Part shown: piece after piece, positions 10,069 to 19,356 of the stretch
How positions within the stretch are numbered: the stretch's first letter is position 1
How the letters are laid out: each line of letters starts with the position of its first letter
NCBI GenBank assembly: GCA_963706955.1
Contig: CAVPOC010000003.1
Coordinates: 256,001 to 320,000, forward strand
Origin: an uncultured Verrucomicrobiae bacterium
GTDB taxonomy: Bacteria; Verrucomicrobiota; Verrucomicrobiia; Chthoniobacterales; Terrimicrobiaceae
DNA length: 64,000 bases
Reading direction: 5' to 3'
Translations under genes and position numbers: made by a program
Notes under the pieces: model-generated
The model's database searches: none
Told to the model about the DNA's origin: nothing
The model's input: only the letters and a program-made list of their open reading frames with translations

Positions 10069-10791
10069 ATGAATTCGTGGATTGGTACCTCTGGCTTTCA
10101 GTATCCGGAATGGAAGGGCCATTTCTACCCGGAAAAGTTGCCTGCGGCGAAAATGCTGCCTTTTTACGCCGAGCGATTCCAGACCACCGAGATCAACTAC
10201 ACTTTTCGGCGGACCCCAAGCGGCAAGACTATTGAAAACTGGTGCGAGCTAACGCCTCCACGATTCACCTTCAGTCTGAAGGCGCCTCAGCGCATCACGC
10301 ATTTCGCCAAGCTCCAAAATTGCAGCGATAGCCTGAATTTTTTCTTCGGTGCGATTCAAGGGCTCGAAGACAAACTTGGACCCATTCTTTTCCAATTGCC
10401 TCCCTTTTTCAGGAAGGATGCAGGGATCTTGGCGGCCTTTCTCGGGCAATTACCCGACGGCGTTCGGGCTGCCTTCGAATTTCGGCACAGGTCCTGGTTC
10501 GACGATGAGATTTTTGCGAGCCTCCGAAAGCACAACGCCGCGCTTTGCATCGCCGAGAGCGCCGACCTTAGCACGCCGATAGAGGCGACCGCCAACTTCG
10601 GCTATCTCCGCTTGCGCCGGGAAGACTATGGTCCGGAGGATATCGCCCGGTGGTCGGAAAGGCTACGCTCGCACACTAGCAAATGGAGCGATGCCTTCGT
10701 CTATTTCAAACACGAAGAGCAAGGGATGGGACCAAAGCTTGCCACGCAATTGATAAATTCTCTGCTCTCAAGCAACTCGAGTCACGACTAA
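10069..10791 (+). CDS. DUF72 (YecE-like) protein
   Basis: IGTSGF.YPEW, EINYTF, LFQLPP and FEFRH. Confidence 0.9.
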   Translation: MNSWIGTSGFQYPEWKGHFYPEKLPAAKMLPFYAERFQTTEINYTFRRTPSGKTIENWCELTPPRFTFSLKAPQRITHFAKLQNCSDSLNFFFGAIQGLEDKLGPILFQLPPFFRKDAGILAAFLGQLPDGVRAAFEFRHRSWFDDEIFASLRKHNAALCIAESADLSTPIEATANFGYLRLRREDYGPEDIARWSERLRSHTSKWSDAFVYFKHEEQGMGPKLATQLINSLLSSNSSHD

Positions 10792-10933
10792 CACGCACCA
10801 ACCCCGAGGACAGACGGTTCGAGCGCGCGTTGTCTTCACAATGACCACGGCTGGCGAGTCCACCGGCGCGTGATTCTCGCCGCTCGGAAACAGTCTGATT
10901 GATGCGGCGCCGGAAAGCCCTAAGATCCCGAGG

Positions 10934-12622
10934 ATGCAACGGCAATGGATCTTCCCAAGCCTGGATGAGGATGAGGCCGTTGGTCGGTTGAGTAACGAGC
11001 TAAGCGTGCCGCTCTTCCTGGCACGCGTCCTGATGCGCAATGGACTTGGGGATTTCAACGCCGCCACAACTTTTCTTGAGCCGCGTCTTCGCCAACTCCA
11101 GGATCCTTTCCTGATTCCCGAGATGGAGGAAGCGGTCGCTCGCATCCGTCATGCCATCGACTGCCGCGAAGGAATTGTTCTCTATGGGGACTATGACGTC
11201 GATGGAGTTGCCTCGCTGGCGCTCCTGCAACGCATTCTCACGGCGATGGGCGCGCGGGTCAGCTGCTTTCTGCCTCTTCGTGCCGAGGAGGGTTATGGAC
11301 TCAGCGCCTCAGGAGTCGAACGCTGTTTCCAGCAATACTCTCCGGAGCTTCTCGTCGCCGTGGACTGCGGGACCAACTCGGCGCGCGAAGTGGCCGTGAT
11401 TCGTCAGCGCGGAGCAGACGTGATCGTTCTCGATCATCACGAAGTCTCCAGCGAAAGGCCTGATTGCGTGGCGCTGATCAACCCTAAAACCGATGGAAGG
11501 TTTCATTATCTTTGCAGCGCAGGAGTAGCCTTTAAAGTCGCCCACGCGTTGCTCAAGCGATGGCCGAACCCCGGCATCGATCTTAAGGACTATCTGGACA
11601 TCGTCGCGCTGGCCACCCTCGCCGACCTGGTTCCCTTAGTCGGCGAAAATCGGATCCTGGTGCACCGAGGTCTCCAGCAGATGGCACGCACTCGGTGGCC
11701 AGGCCTGGCTGCATTGATGACAATTTCCAATGTGCGTGCGCCGCTTCGGGGAAGCGACATCGGCTTCCGCCTCGGACCGCGCATCAATGCCTCGGGGCGT
11801 CTGGGCACCGCGCTAGAATCGCTCCGGCTCCTGCTATGCGACGACATTCGCGAAGCAACCCAGGTCGCGGAAAGCCTGGATCGCCAGAATCGCGCCCGCC
11901 AAAGCGTTGAAAGAGACCTGATCCTGGAAGTCGAGCAATGGGTCGAAGAACACTACGATGCTACCTGCCACGCAAGCATTGTTGCCGGCCGTCGTGAGTG
12001 GCACCATGGAGTGCTCGGGATCGTCGCCGCGCGCGTCATGCGCAGACATCATCGGCCAACACTATTGGTGGGATTCGACGAAAGCGGACTTGGCAAAGGC
12101 AGCGGCCGGAGCATCGAAGGCGTTTCGCTGGTGGACGCGCTGCGGCAATGTGCCGGTCATCTCGAAAAATTTGGCGGACATGAGATGGCTGCGGGCGTGA
12201 CCGTCCACCAGGATCGATTCGAAGAGTTTCGCCGGGCGTTCGAGGTTTCCACGCGCGCGCGGGTCAACGACGATATCCTCACGCCCAAGCTGCGACTCGA
12301 TGCCGAAATGCCAATGGAAGACATTTCATTCTCCCTCCTCCAGATGCAGGAATTGCTCGAGCCTTACGGAATGGGCAATTCCCAGCCCGTCTTCGCGGCG
12401 CGCAGGGTGACTCCGACGAGCGTCCCCCGAATTCTGAAGGAACGGCATTTGCGGTTCGACTTTCGCGCGGGAGGCCGCATCATCCAAGCCATCTACTTCC
12501 GAGGCGCAGAAGAAGCGCTGCCTGGCCCACCATGGGATGTTGCCTTTACCCTCGAACGCAACGAATTCAACGGGCGTATCGATGCCCAAATACAAATCGT
12601 GGGCATTCGCGCCGCCGCCTGA
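10934..12622 (+). CDS. recJ: Single-stranded DNA exonuclease RecJ
   Basis: YGDYDVDG, VDCG, LDHH, GPRINA and FGGHEMAAG. Confidence 0.97.
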   Translation: MQRQWIFPSLDEDEAVGRLSNELSVPLFLARVLMRNGLGDFNAATTFLEPRLRQLQDPFLIPEMEEAVARIRHAIDCREGIVLYGDYDVDGVASLALLQRILTAMGARVSCFLPLRAEEGYGLSASGVERCFQQYSPELLVAVDCGTNSAREVAVIRQRGADVIVLDHHEVSSERPDCVALINPKTDGRFHYLCSAGVAFKVAHALLKRWPNPGIDLKDYLDIVALATLADLVPLVGENRILVHRGLQQMARTRWPGLAALMTISNVRAPLRGSDIGFRLGPRINASGRLGTALESLRLLLCDDIREATQVAESLDRQNRARQSVERDLILEVEQWVEEHYDATCHASIVAGRREWHHGVLGIVAARVMRRHHRPTLLVGFDESGLGKGSGRSIEGVSLVDALRQCAGHLEKFGGHEMAAGVTVHQDRFEEFRRAFEVSTRARVNDDILTPKLRLDAEMPMEDISFSLLQMQELLEPYGMGNSQPVFAARRVTPTSVPRILKERHLRFDFRAGGRIIQAIYFRGAEEALPGPPWDVAFTLERNEFNGRIDAQIQIVGIRAAA

Positions 12623-12740
12623 TTCGTGGCGATCTCCGATGAGCGATCGGCTGGCTTTTCCACCAACCCGAGATCCAACTGTCGCAGTCTTCGCCGCAGC
12701 AGGACCAGTAGCGTGCTAGGGCTTTCGTGTTTGTGCCACA

Positions 12741-15498
12741 ATGAGTGACATTCACTCAATGAGCTTGGCCTTACTCCGGCCGGAAACGCCACTAGGCGAA
12801 CTCGATTGGGTCCCTCGCGCAAAGCTGGCCCCACTGAGGCGACTGGGGCTGGAGACACTCGGCGATCTGCTCAAACACTATCCCAGGCGATATGAAGATC
12901 GCAGACGGTTTGACCGGTTCCCCGATGATGAAATGATCCAGCCCGTCTGCCTTTTCGGTTTGGTCACCCGAACGTCGCTCAAGCGAATCGGCGGATGGCG
13001 GAGAATGTTTGAGATCACGTTGGAAAACGAGTCCGCCGGCGTGCTGAGCGAACCGGTGACCTGTCGCTGGTTCAACATGCCGTACATGCAGAAGTTGATC
13101 GTCACGGGCCAGCACCTGGTGATCTTCGGAAGACCGAAGAAGAAAGGTCAAAAGATTTTCATTGATCACCCGGAATTCGAAGGCGTGGAAGAAGACGAGG
13201 AGACTTCCATCCACATGAATAGGATCGCTCCCGTGCACCCTGCCGGAGACGGGGTGTCCCCACGATTGCTCAGAGCATTGGTCTTTCAAGCGCTCGCCAA
13301 CACCGATCTTGCCACAGTGCCTTCGCTGCTCCCGACATCGCGCGTCGCGGCGCTCCGCGACATTCATTTTCCGCTCACGTTCGAACATCTGGAGGATGCC
13401 AGGCAGGAGTTGGTGCGTGAGGAATTTTTTTCCATGCAGTTGCTGATCCATGCTCGCCGAGCCGACTGGCAGAGGCTGCCCGGAGTCGCCAAGAACGGCA
13501 AGGGCGAGCTTCTCGAGAACCTCTTACAAGAGCTCCCGTTCCCCCTAACCAGTTCGCAATTGGAAGTCATCGGCGAAATTCGTCGTGACCTTGCGGCGCC
13601 GAAGCGGATGAATCGCCTGCTTCAGGGCGATGTCGGATCCGGAAAAACATTGGTGGCCCTGGCAGCGATGCTGCTGGCGGTGGAGGCCGGCTGGCAGGCT
13701 GCCCTCATGGCTCCAACGCAGATTCTCGCGGAACAGCATTATTTGAACTTCAAGAAATTTCTCGAGCCGCTCGGCATTTCGATCGCCCTCCGCACGGCCG
13801 ATCGCAACGAAGATACTGCCCCGCTGCCCCTCTTCGCGCGTGCCGCGGATCGAGGAGCATACGCGTCCACGGGTGCGGTTTCCGGCGTCCCGCCGGAAAA
13901 CCCTGCTCGGCGGGACGCCGACCAGCACACGCGGGACGCGTATGCTCCCCAGGAATCGCGTTGTTCGAAGCGCAATTTGCCGCACTTCGAACGACCGTGG
14001 GCGAAGGTACGTCGTTACCTTTACCACCCGAGAACGAACGGCTCTCACGCCTGAGGAGCGCGATATCGTTCTCAACGCCGTGCTACATGAGCGTATACGC
14101 TTCACGCTTTACGCCACCTGCGTGATGCCTGATCACGTCCATCTGCTTCTCGAGCCGGCGATCAAAGAGGAGGACACCGCTGGAGCTGCAATCTTCTTCT
14201 CCCTCACCGAAATACTTCACTCCCTGAAGTCGTTTACGGCCCATGAGATCAACAGAGTTAGAGGCAAGAGAGGACCCGTTTGGGAAAAGGAATCATTTGA
14301 TCGGCTGATCCGCTCCGAGGAAGACCTGCAGGAGAAGTTTCATTACATAACTCGCAATCCATGGGACGCGGGCGTGGTAGGCGCAAACGAGGAGTATCCG
14401 TGGGTTTGGTTTCCAGGTTGCGCAAAGGATCGGGGAGCGCACCCGTCCCCGGGTGCAGTTTCCGGCGTCCCGCCGGAAAACCCTGCTCGGCGGGACGCCG
14501 ACCAGCACACGCGGGACGCGTATGCTCCCCAGATCATTGTCGGCACGCATGCGCTTCTTTATGAAGCGAGCGGATTCAACGATCTCGGCCTTATCGTGAT
14601 CGATGAGCAACATAAGTTCGGCGTGCTGCAGCGAACGGGTTTGATCGCCCGGGGCGATTCCCCTGATGTCCTCGTCATGACCGCGACGCCGATCCCGCGC
14701 ACGCTCACGCAAACCATTTACGGCGACCTGGATGTTTCTCTCCTCCTGGAAAAGCCGGCCAATCGCGGAACGATCGCCACGGTAGTGCGTGAGACAGTGA
14801 AACTGCCCGAGGTGATTGAATTTGTAAAAAAGCAGATCGCCAGAGGACGCCAAGTATACATCGTTTACCCATTGGTTGAGGACTCCGAGAAGCTCGCGGC
14901 GAAGTCTGCGACTGCGGAGTTTGAAAAGTGGGGGCCTCTCCTGGCGCCGTACTCTGTCGGGCTTCTTCATGGCCGGATGCCCCCGGGCGACAAGGAAGAG
15001 GTGGTCGCCAAGTTTCGCACGGGGCGACTGGCCGCGCTGATCGCTACCACGGTGGTCGAGGTCGGAGTTGACGTTCCCAATGCCAATGTGATGGTCGTGG
15101 AGAACGCGGAGCGTTTCGGATTGGCACAACTCCATCAGCTTCGCGGCCGTATTGGTCGCGCCGAGCACAAGTCGTTTTGTATTCTACTCCACGACGCCAA
15201 AGCCGACCAACTGGCCTTGGAGAAGCTTGCCGTCCTCGAGAGGACTTCCGACGGGTTCGTGATCGCTGAAGAAGACCTTCGTCTGCGTGGCCCTGGCGAT
15301 TTGCTCGGAACCGCTCAGACCGGCTTGCCTCCTCTGAAGCTCGGAGATCTTTTTCGCGACACGCAGCTGATGAAGGAGGCCGCGGCCCTGGCCGCTAAGA
15401 TTTTCGCGAATGATCCCCAACTGCAAAAGACCGAGCATCGCGCTTTGCGTGATTTCCTGGCGCGATCAACGGCGAAAATCGCTGCCTCAGCTGGTTGA
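12741..15498 (+). CDS. recG: ATP-dependent DNA helicase RecG with an internal REP-RAYT-REP insertion; +1 frameshift near 13998-14007
   Basis: ORF 12741-14054 carries the wedge domain, QGDVGSGKT and APTQILAEQH. ORF 13840-15498 carries IVGTHAL, IDEQHKFG, MTATPIPRT and QLHQLRGRIGR. Confidence 0.92.
13847..13952. repeat. 106-bp nested palindromic REP-like element, copy 1 (coding, inside recG)
   Basis: Outer inverted repeat GGAGCATACGCGTCC/GGACGCGTATGCTCC and inner CGGCGTCCCGCCG/CGGCGGGACGCCG; direct repeat of 14427-14532. Confidence 0.95.
13953..14426 (+). mobile_element. REP-associated tyrosine transposase (RAYT, IS200/Y1 HUH family) domain inserted in recG
   Basis: KRNLPHF...YVVTFTT, HUH motif CVMPDHVHLL, HSLKSFTA, WEKESFDRLIR and the catalytic-Tyr helix HYITRNP. 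Confidence 0.9.
14427..14532. repeat. 106-bp nested palindromic REP-like element, copy 2 (coding, inside recG)
   Basis: Six mismatches to copy 1, all in the first 31 nt; the last 75 nt are identical. Confidence 0.95.
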
Positions 15499-15551
15499 GC
15501 GCTCGAAATCGCACTTGATTTCAGAATTAACCGCTCGTTAATTGCGCCAAA

Positions 15552-16922
15552 ATGGCGCTCGATAAGACTCTTCTAATCGTAGATGACGAGAAGAATACCC
15601 GCGATGGGCTTCGAAATGCCCTGCAGGACCATTACGAAGTCTACGCGGCTGCGGATATTGCCGGCGCGTTTGCGGCTTTGGAAACGGAGCCGGCGGACGT
15701 GCTGATCACGGATTTACGACTCGGCGGCGAAGACGGTATGGAGTTGATGGAAAAGGCGAAGAAGCTGCCGAAGCCTCCCATCTGCATCATGATGACCGCC
15801 TACGGCAGCGTGGATACAGCGGTGGAGGCGATGAAGCGCGGCGCTTACGACTTCGTGACCAAGCCGGTGAATATCGATCGGCTCGAGTTGTTGATTCAGC
15901 GCGCCCTGCGGGAGCGGGATACCCGGCGCGAAAACGTGGAACTTCGCCAGCAGGTCAGCCGACGCGCGGGACTGGAAAGCATGATCGGCCATTCTCCGGC
16001 TATGGTCGAGGTCTTCGAAACAATCAAGCAAGTTGCTCCGTCGAAGGCTACCGTGCTGATTCAGGGCGAAACCGGAACCGGCAAGGAGCTTGCCGCGCAC
16101 GCTATTCATGCCCTCAGCACCCGAGCAGAGAAAAAATTCATCGCCGTGCACTGTAAAGCATTTTCACCACAACTTCTTGAAAGCGAGTTATTTGGTCATG
16201 AGAAGGGCGCCTTCACAGGGGCATTTGAGCGACGCATCGGTCGTTTTGAACAGGCGGCGGGCGGAACGCTCTTTCTCGATGAGATCGGCGAAATCGATGA
16301 GAACACCCAGGTCAAAATCCTTCGCGTCCTCGGTGAGCGCACCTTCGAACGGGTCGGCGGCAACCAGACACTGAATACCGATGTCCGCCTGATCGTAGCA
16401 ACCAACAAAGACCTCGCCACACTGGTAGGGGAAGGAAGGTTCAGGGATGATCTCTATTTCCGACTAAACGTCGTGCCCTTGACGATGCCACCCCTGCGTG
16501 CACGTAAAGAAGATCTGCCCCTCCTGGTGCAGGCGTTCCTCCGAGAGTCGGCCAAGGAAAACGCCAAACCGATCCGTGAAATCGCCCCCGAGGCGATGGC
16601 CTGCATTCTCGAGTATAACTGGCCAGGAAACGTCCGCGAGCTGCGGGCCGCGATCGAACATGCTGTCGTCATGTGCAGCACGCCGAAGATCGGCGTCCGT
16701 GATTTACCCGCCAGTGTCCGCCGCCCGCTGCAAATCCCGGAAGGTCCCCCAGAAGAGTCCCACGGATTAAATTTGCACCAATCGGAGCGAAACCTTATTT
16801 TCCGAGCCCTTGAAGAAAGCGGCGGCAATCGCACCGAGGCGGCCCGGATTCTTGGAATCAGTCGTCGAACGCTGCATCGTCGTTTGAAGGAACTGAACAT
16901 CACAAAGGACACGACCATTTGA
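15552..16922 (+). CDS. Sigma54-dependent response regulator (NtrC/AtoC family)
   Basis: Receiver domain (IVDDE, ITD), GETGTGKE, GAFTGA and a Fis-type HTH. Confidence 0.95.
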   Translation: MALDKTLLIVDDEKNTRDGLRNALQDHYEVYAAADIAGAFAALETEPADVLITDLRLGGEDGMELMEKAKKLPKPPICIMMTAYGSVDTAVEAMKRGAYDFVTKPVNIDRLELLIQRALRERDTRRENVELRQQVSRRAGLESMIGHSPAMVEVFETIKQVAPSKATVLIQGETGTGKELAAHAIHALSTRAEKKFIAVHCKAFSPQLLESELFGHEKGAFTGAFERRIGRFEQAAGGTLFLDEIGEIDENTQVKILRVLGERTFERVGGNQTLNTDVRLIVATNKDLATLVGEGRFRDDLYFRLNVVPLTMPPLRARKEDLPLLVQAFLRESAKENAKPIREIAPEAMACILEYNWPGNVRELRAAIEHAVVMCSTPKIGVRDLPASVRRPLQIPEGPPEESHGLNLHQSERNLIFRALEESGGNRTEAARILGISRRTLHRRLKELNITKDTTI

Positions 16923-17077
16923 TGCTCCCAGCGACGCCCGCGTTCTAAGCCCTCGTGCATCCACTCGAGCCAGAGTGTTCGTTATCTTCCTCAACAGGGC
17001 GACATCTGTCGTCCTATTGACCGATCCATCGTGGTTTCCGATCGTCGGCGTTGGAAGCCGACCCACATACTAGCACC

Positions 17078-17338
17078 ATGAGCGACAAGGAGGCCGTTGC
17101 CGTCGAACTAGTCTCCATCGAACAAGCGATGGAGAGGTTGGAGAATTTGGTTCGCGAGATGGAATCTGGGCAACTGCCTCTGGAGCAGCTCATCAGCAGC
17201 TACGAAGAAGGGGTTAAGCTGGCCAGCCAGTGTCAGGAAAAACTCGACGCCGCCGCAAAAAAAATTCAGGTTATCACCAAAAATTCCTCTGGACGAACCG
17301 TTTTGGAGGACTTTCCTCTTGCTGCCGATGAATCATAA
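17078..17338 (+). CDS. xseB: Exodeoxyribonuclease VII small subunit
   Basis: EQAMERLE.LV..ME.G.LPLE..I..YEEG..L...C; located upstream of dxs. Confidence 0.9.
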   Translation: MSDKEAVAVELVSIEQAMERLENLVREMESGQLPLEQLISSYEEGVKLASQCQEKLDAAAKKIQVITKNSSGRTVLEDFPLAADES

Positions 17339-19229
17339 GCCGTTTCTGCCAACCATTCACTCCCCTGCGGACGTGAAGGCCCTCGAGGAAAAGGATCTAC
17401 CTTTCCTGGCCGAAGAGGTGCGCGCTGAGTTGATCCGCGTGCTCTCGCAAACTGGTGGCCACTTGGGGCCCAACCTCGGCGTTGTAGAACTCACGATCGC
17501 CCTGCACCGGGTTTTCAATACCCCAAGAGACAAGTTCGTCTTTGACGTAAGCCATCAAGGATACGTTCATAAGCTCTTCACCGGCCGGCGTGAGCGCTTT
17601 TCCTCGATTCGACAGTATCAAGGTCTCAACGGCTTTCTCCTGAGGACGGAGAGTGAGCACGATTGCTACGGGGCAGGGCACGCGGGCACGGCGCTATCGG
17701 CGGCGCTAGGAATGGCGGCCGCGCGCGACATGCTTGGAGGCGACGAACATGTTGTCTGTGTGGCCGGGGACGCCGCCTTTACCTGTGGGGTAAGCTTCGA
17801 GGCTCTCAACAATCTCGCAGCCACCACGAGGCGGCTGATCCTCGTGCTAAACGACAACGAGTGGTCAATTGCCAAGAACGTGGGCGCGGTGGCTGAGTAT
17901 CTGAACCGCATCGTCGCCAATCCTGCATTTGCCCACTTGCACGACAAAGCCGGGCAGTTCGTCGAGTGGCTCGCCGGAAAGCAGGCGCGACATTTCGCCC
18001 ATAAGGTGGAGGCTGGCGTCAAGAACCTGCTGGCGCCGAGCGTGATCTTCGAGGACCTCGGCTTGCGCTACTACGGCCCGATTGATGGGCACGATATCCC
18101 GCTCCTTATCCGAACGTTCGAATTCCTTAAGACCCAGAATGAGCCGGTTATCCTCCATATTCTGACGAAAAAGGGCAAAGGCTATGCTCCTGCCTTGGAG
18201 AAGCCCGACAAGTTTCATGGGCTTGGCAAGTTTCACCTTGATACGGGGGAGACCGCGGCTTCGGCAAAGCCGACCTATTCCGAACTTTTGGGGAAGACGC
18301 TTGCCGATTTTGCCGATCACAACAACAAGATCGTGGGCGTAACTGCTGCCATGCCCAGCGGCACAGGACTGGTCCATTTCTCAAAGCGACATCCGAATCG
18401 CTGTTTCGACGTCGGCATCGCCGAAGAACATGCCGCCCTCTTCGCCTGCGGACTCGCCGTTCGCGGCATGAAGCCCTTTTTGGCCATTTACTCGACGTTT
18501 CTACAGCGCGCTTACGACATGATCATCCATGATATCGCGCTGCAAAACCTGAACGTCGCGCTTTGCATGGATCGTGCGGGGCTCTCCGGCGACGATGGTC
18601 CTACTCACCACGGTCTCTTCGACATCGGCTATCTTCGCCCGGTTCCCGGAATCGTCCACATGCAACCAAAGGACGAAGATGAGTTCTGCGACATGCTTTG
18701 GACGATGGCGAATTATCATCCCGGCCCCATCGCCATTCGCTATCCGCGAGGAATGGGCACGGGCGCCGAGCCTAAGGAACGTCCAGTGATCCTGGAGATA
18801 GGAAAGGCCGAGGTGCTCTGCCATGGTTCACGCGTGGCCATTATCGCTCTCGGAACGATGGTCGAGGTCGCGTTGGAAGCGGCCACCAAGCTTGAAGAAC
18901 AAGGCATCTCGACCGCGGTAATCAATGCCCGCTGGATTAAACCGCTCGATGTCACCACGATCGAGTTCTTCGCGCGGGGATGCGAGGTGGTCTGCACGAT
19001 GGAAGACCATGTCCTTCACAACGGATTTGGATGTGCGGTGATGGAACACCTCGCCGAGCTGAGGATTACCACTCCGGTCGTCCGGGTCGGCTGGCCTGAC
19101 CAGTTCATCGAGCATGGGAGTGTGCCGATCCTCCGTAAGAAGCATGGCCTCACTGCTGAGGCCACCGTGGAGAAGATCGTGACGGCACTTCCGGTGCGCA
19201 GAGGCATTCGCGTCAAGTCGGCCGCGTGA
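17328..19229 (+). CDS. dxs: 1-deoxy-D-xylulose-5-phosphate synthase
   Basis: GGHLGPNLGVVEL, GIAEEHA and DRAGLSGDDGPTH. Confidence 0.97.
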   Translation: MNHKPFLPTIHSPADVKALEEKDLPFLAEEVRAELIRVLSQTGGHLGPNLGVVELTIALHRVFNTPRDKFVFDVSHQGYVHKLFTGRRERFSSIRQYQGLNGFLLRTESEHDCYGAGHAGTALSAALGMAAARDMLGGDEHVVCVAGDAAFTCGVSFEALNNLAATTRRLILVLNDNEWSIAKNVGAVAEYLNRIVANPAFAHLHDKAGQFVEWLAGKQARHFAHKVEAGVKNLLAPSVIFEDLGLRYYGPIDGHDIPLLIRTFEFLKTQNEPVILHILTKKGKGYAPALEKPDKFHGLGKFHLDTGETAASAKPTYSELLGKTLADFADHNNKIVGVTAAMPSGTGLVHFSKRHPNRCFDVGIAEEHAALFACGLAVRGMKPFLAIYSTFLQRAYDMIIHDIALQNLNVALCMDRAGLSGDDGPTHHGLFDIGYLRPVPGIVHMQPKDEDEFCDMLWTMANYHPGPIAIRYPRGMGTGAEPKERPVILEIGKAEVLCHGSRVAIIALGTMVEVALEAATKLEEQGISTAVINARWIKPLDVTTIEFFARGCEVVCTMEDHVLHNGFGCAVMEHLAELRITTPVVRVGWPDQFIEHGSVPILRKKHGLTAEATVEKIVTALPVRRGIRVKSAA

Positions 19230-19233
19230 CAAT

Positions 19234-19336
19234 GGGAAGTGCACGCGTCCCCGCGTGCAATTTTGAGCGTCCCGCCGGGAGACCGGGTGCGGCGAGACGT
19301 TGCGGAAACCGCCGGACGGCCCGCGTCGGCGTCTCT
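19234..19336. repeat. Degenerate intergenic copy of the recG-type REP element
   Basis: GGGAAGTGCACGCGTCCCCGCGTGCAATTTTGAGCGTCCCGCCGGGAGACC aligns to GGGGAGCGCACCCGTCCCCGGGTGCAGTTTCCGGCGTCCCGCCGGAAAACC; the right end is approximate. Confidence 0.75.
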
Positions 19337-19356
19337 ATTCTGTAGCTATTGTTCTC

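Noticed and set aside
13847..14532. Intein, or CRISPR-like repeats, in recG
   Set aside because: No Cys/Ser start or His-Asn end splice motifs; the insert is a HUH domain; there are only two long repeats and no spacer array.
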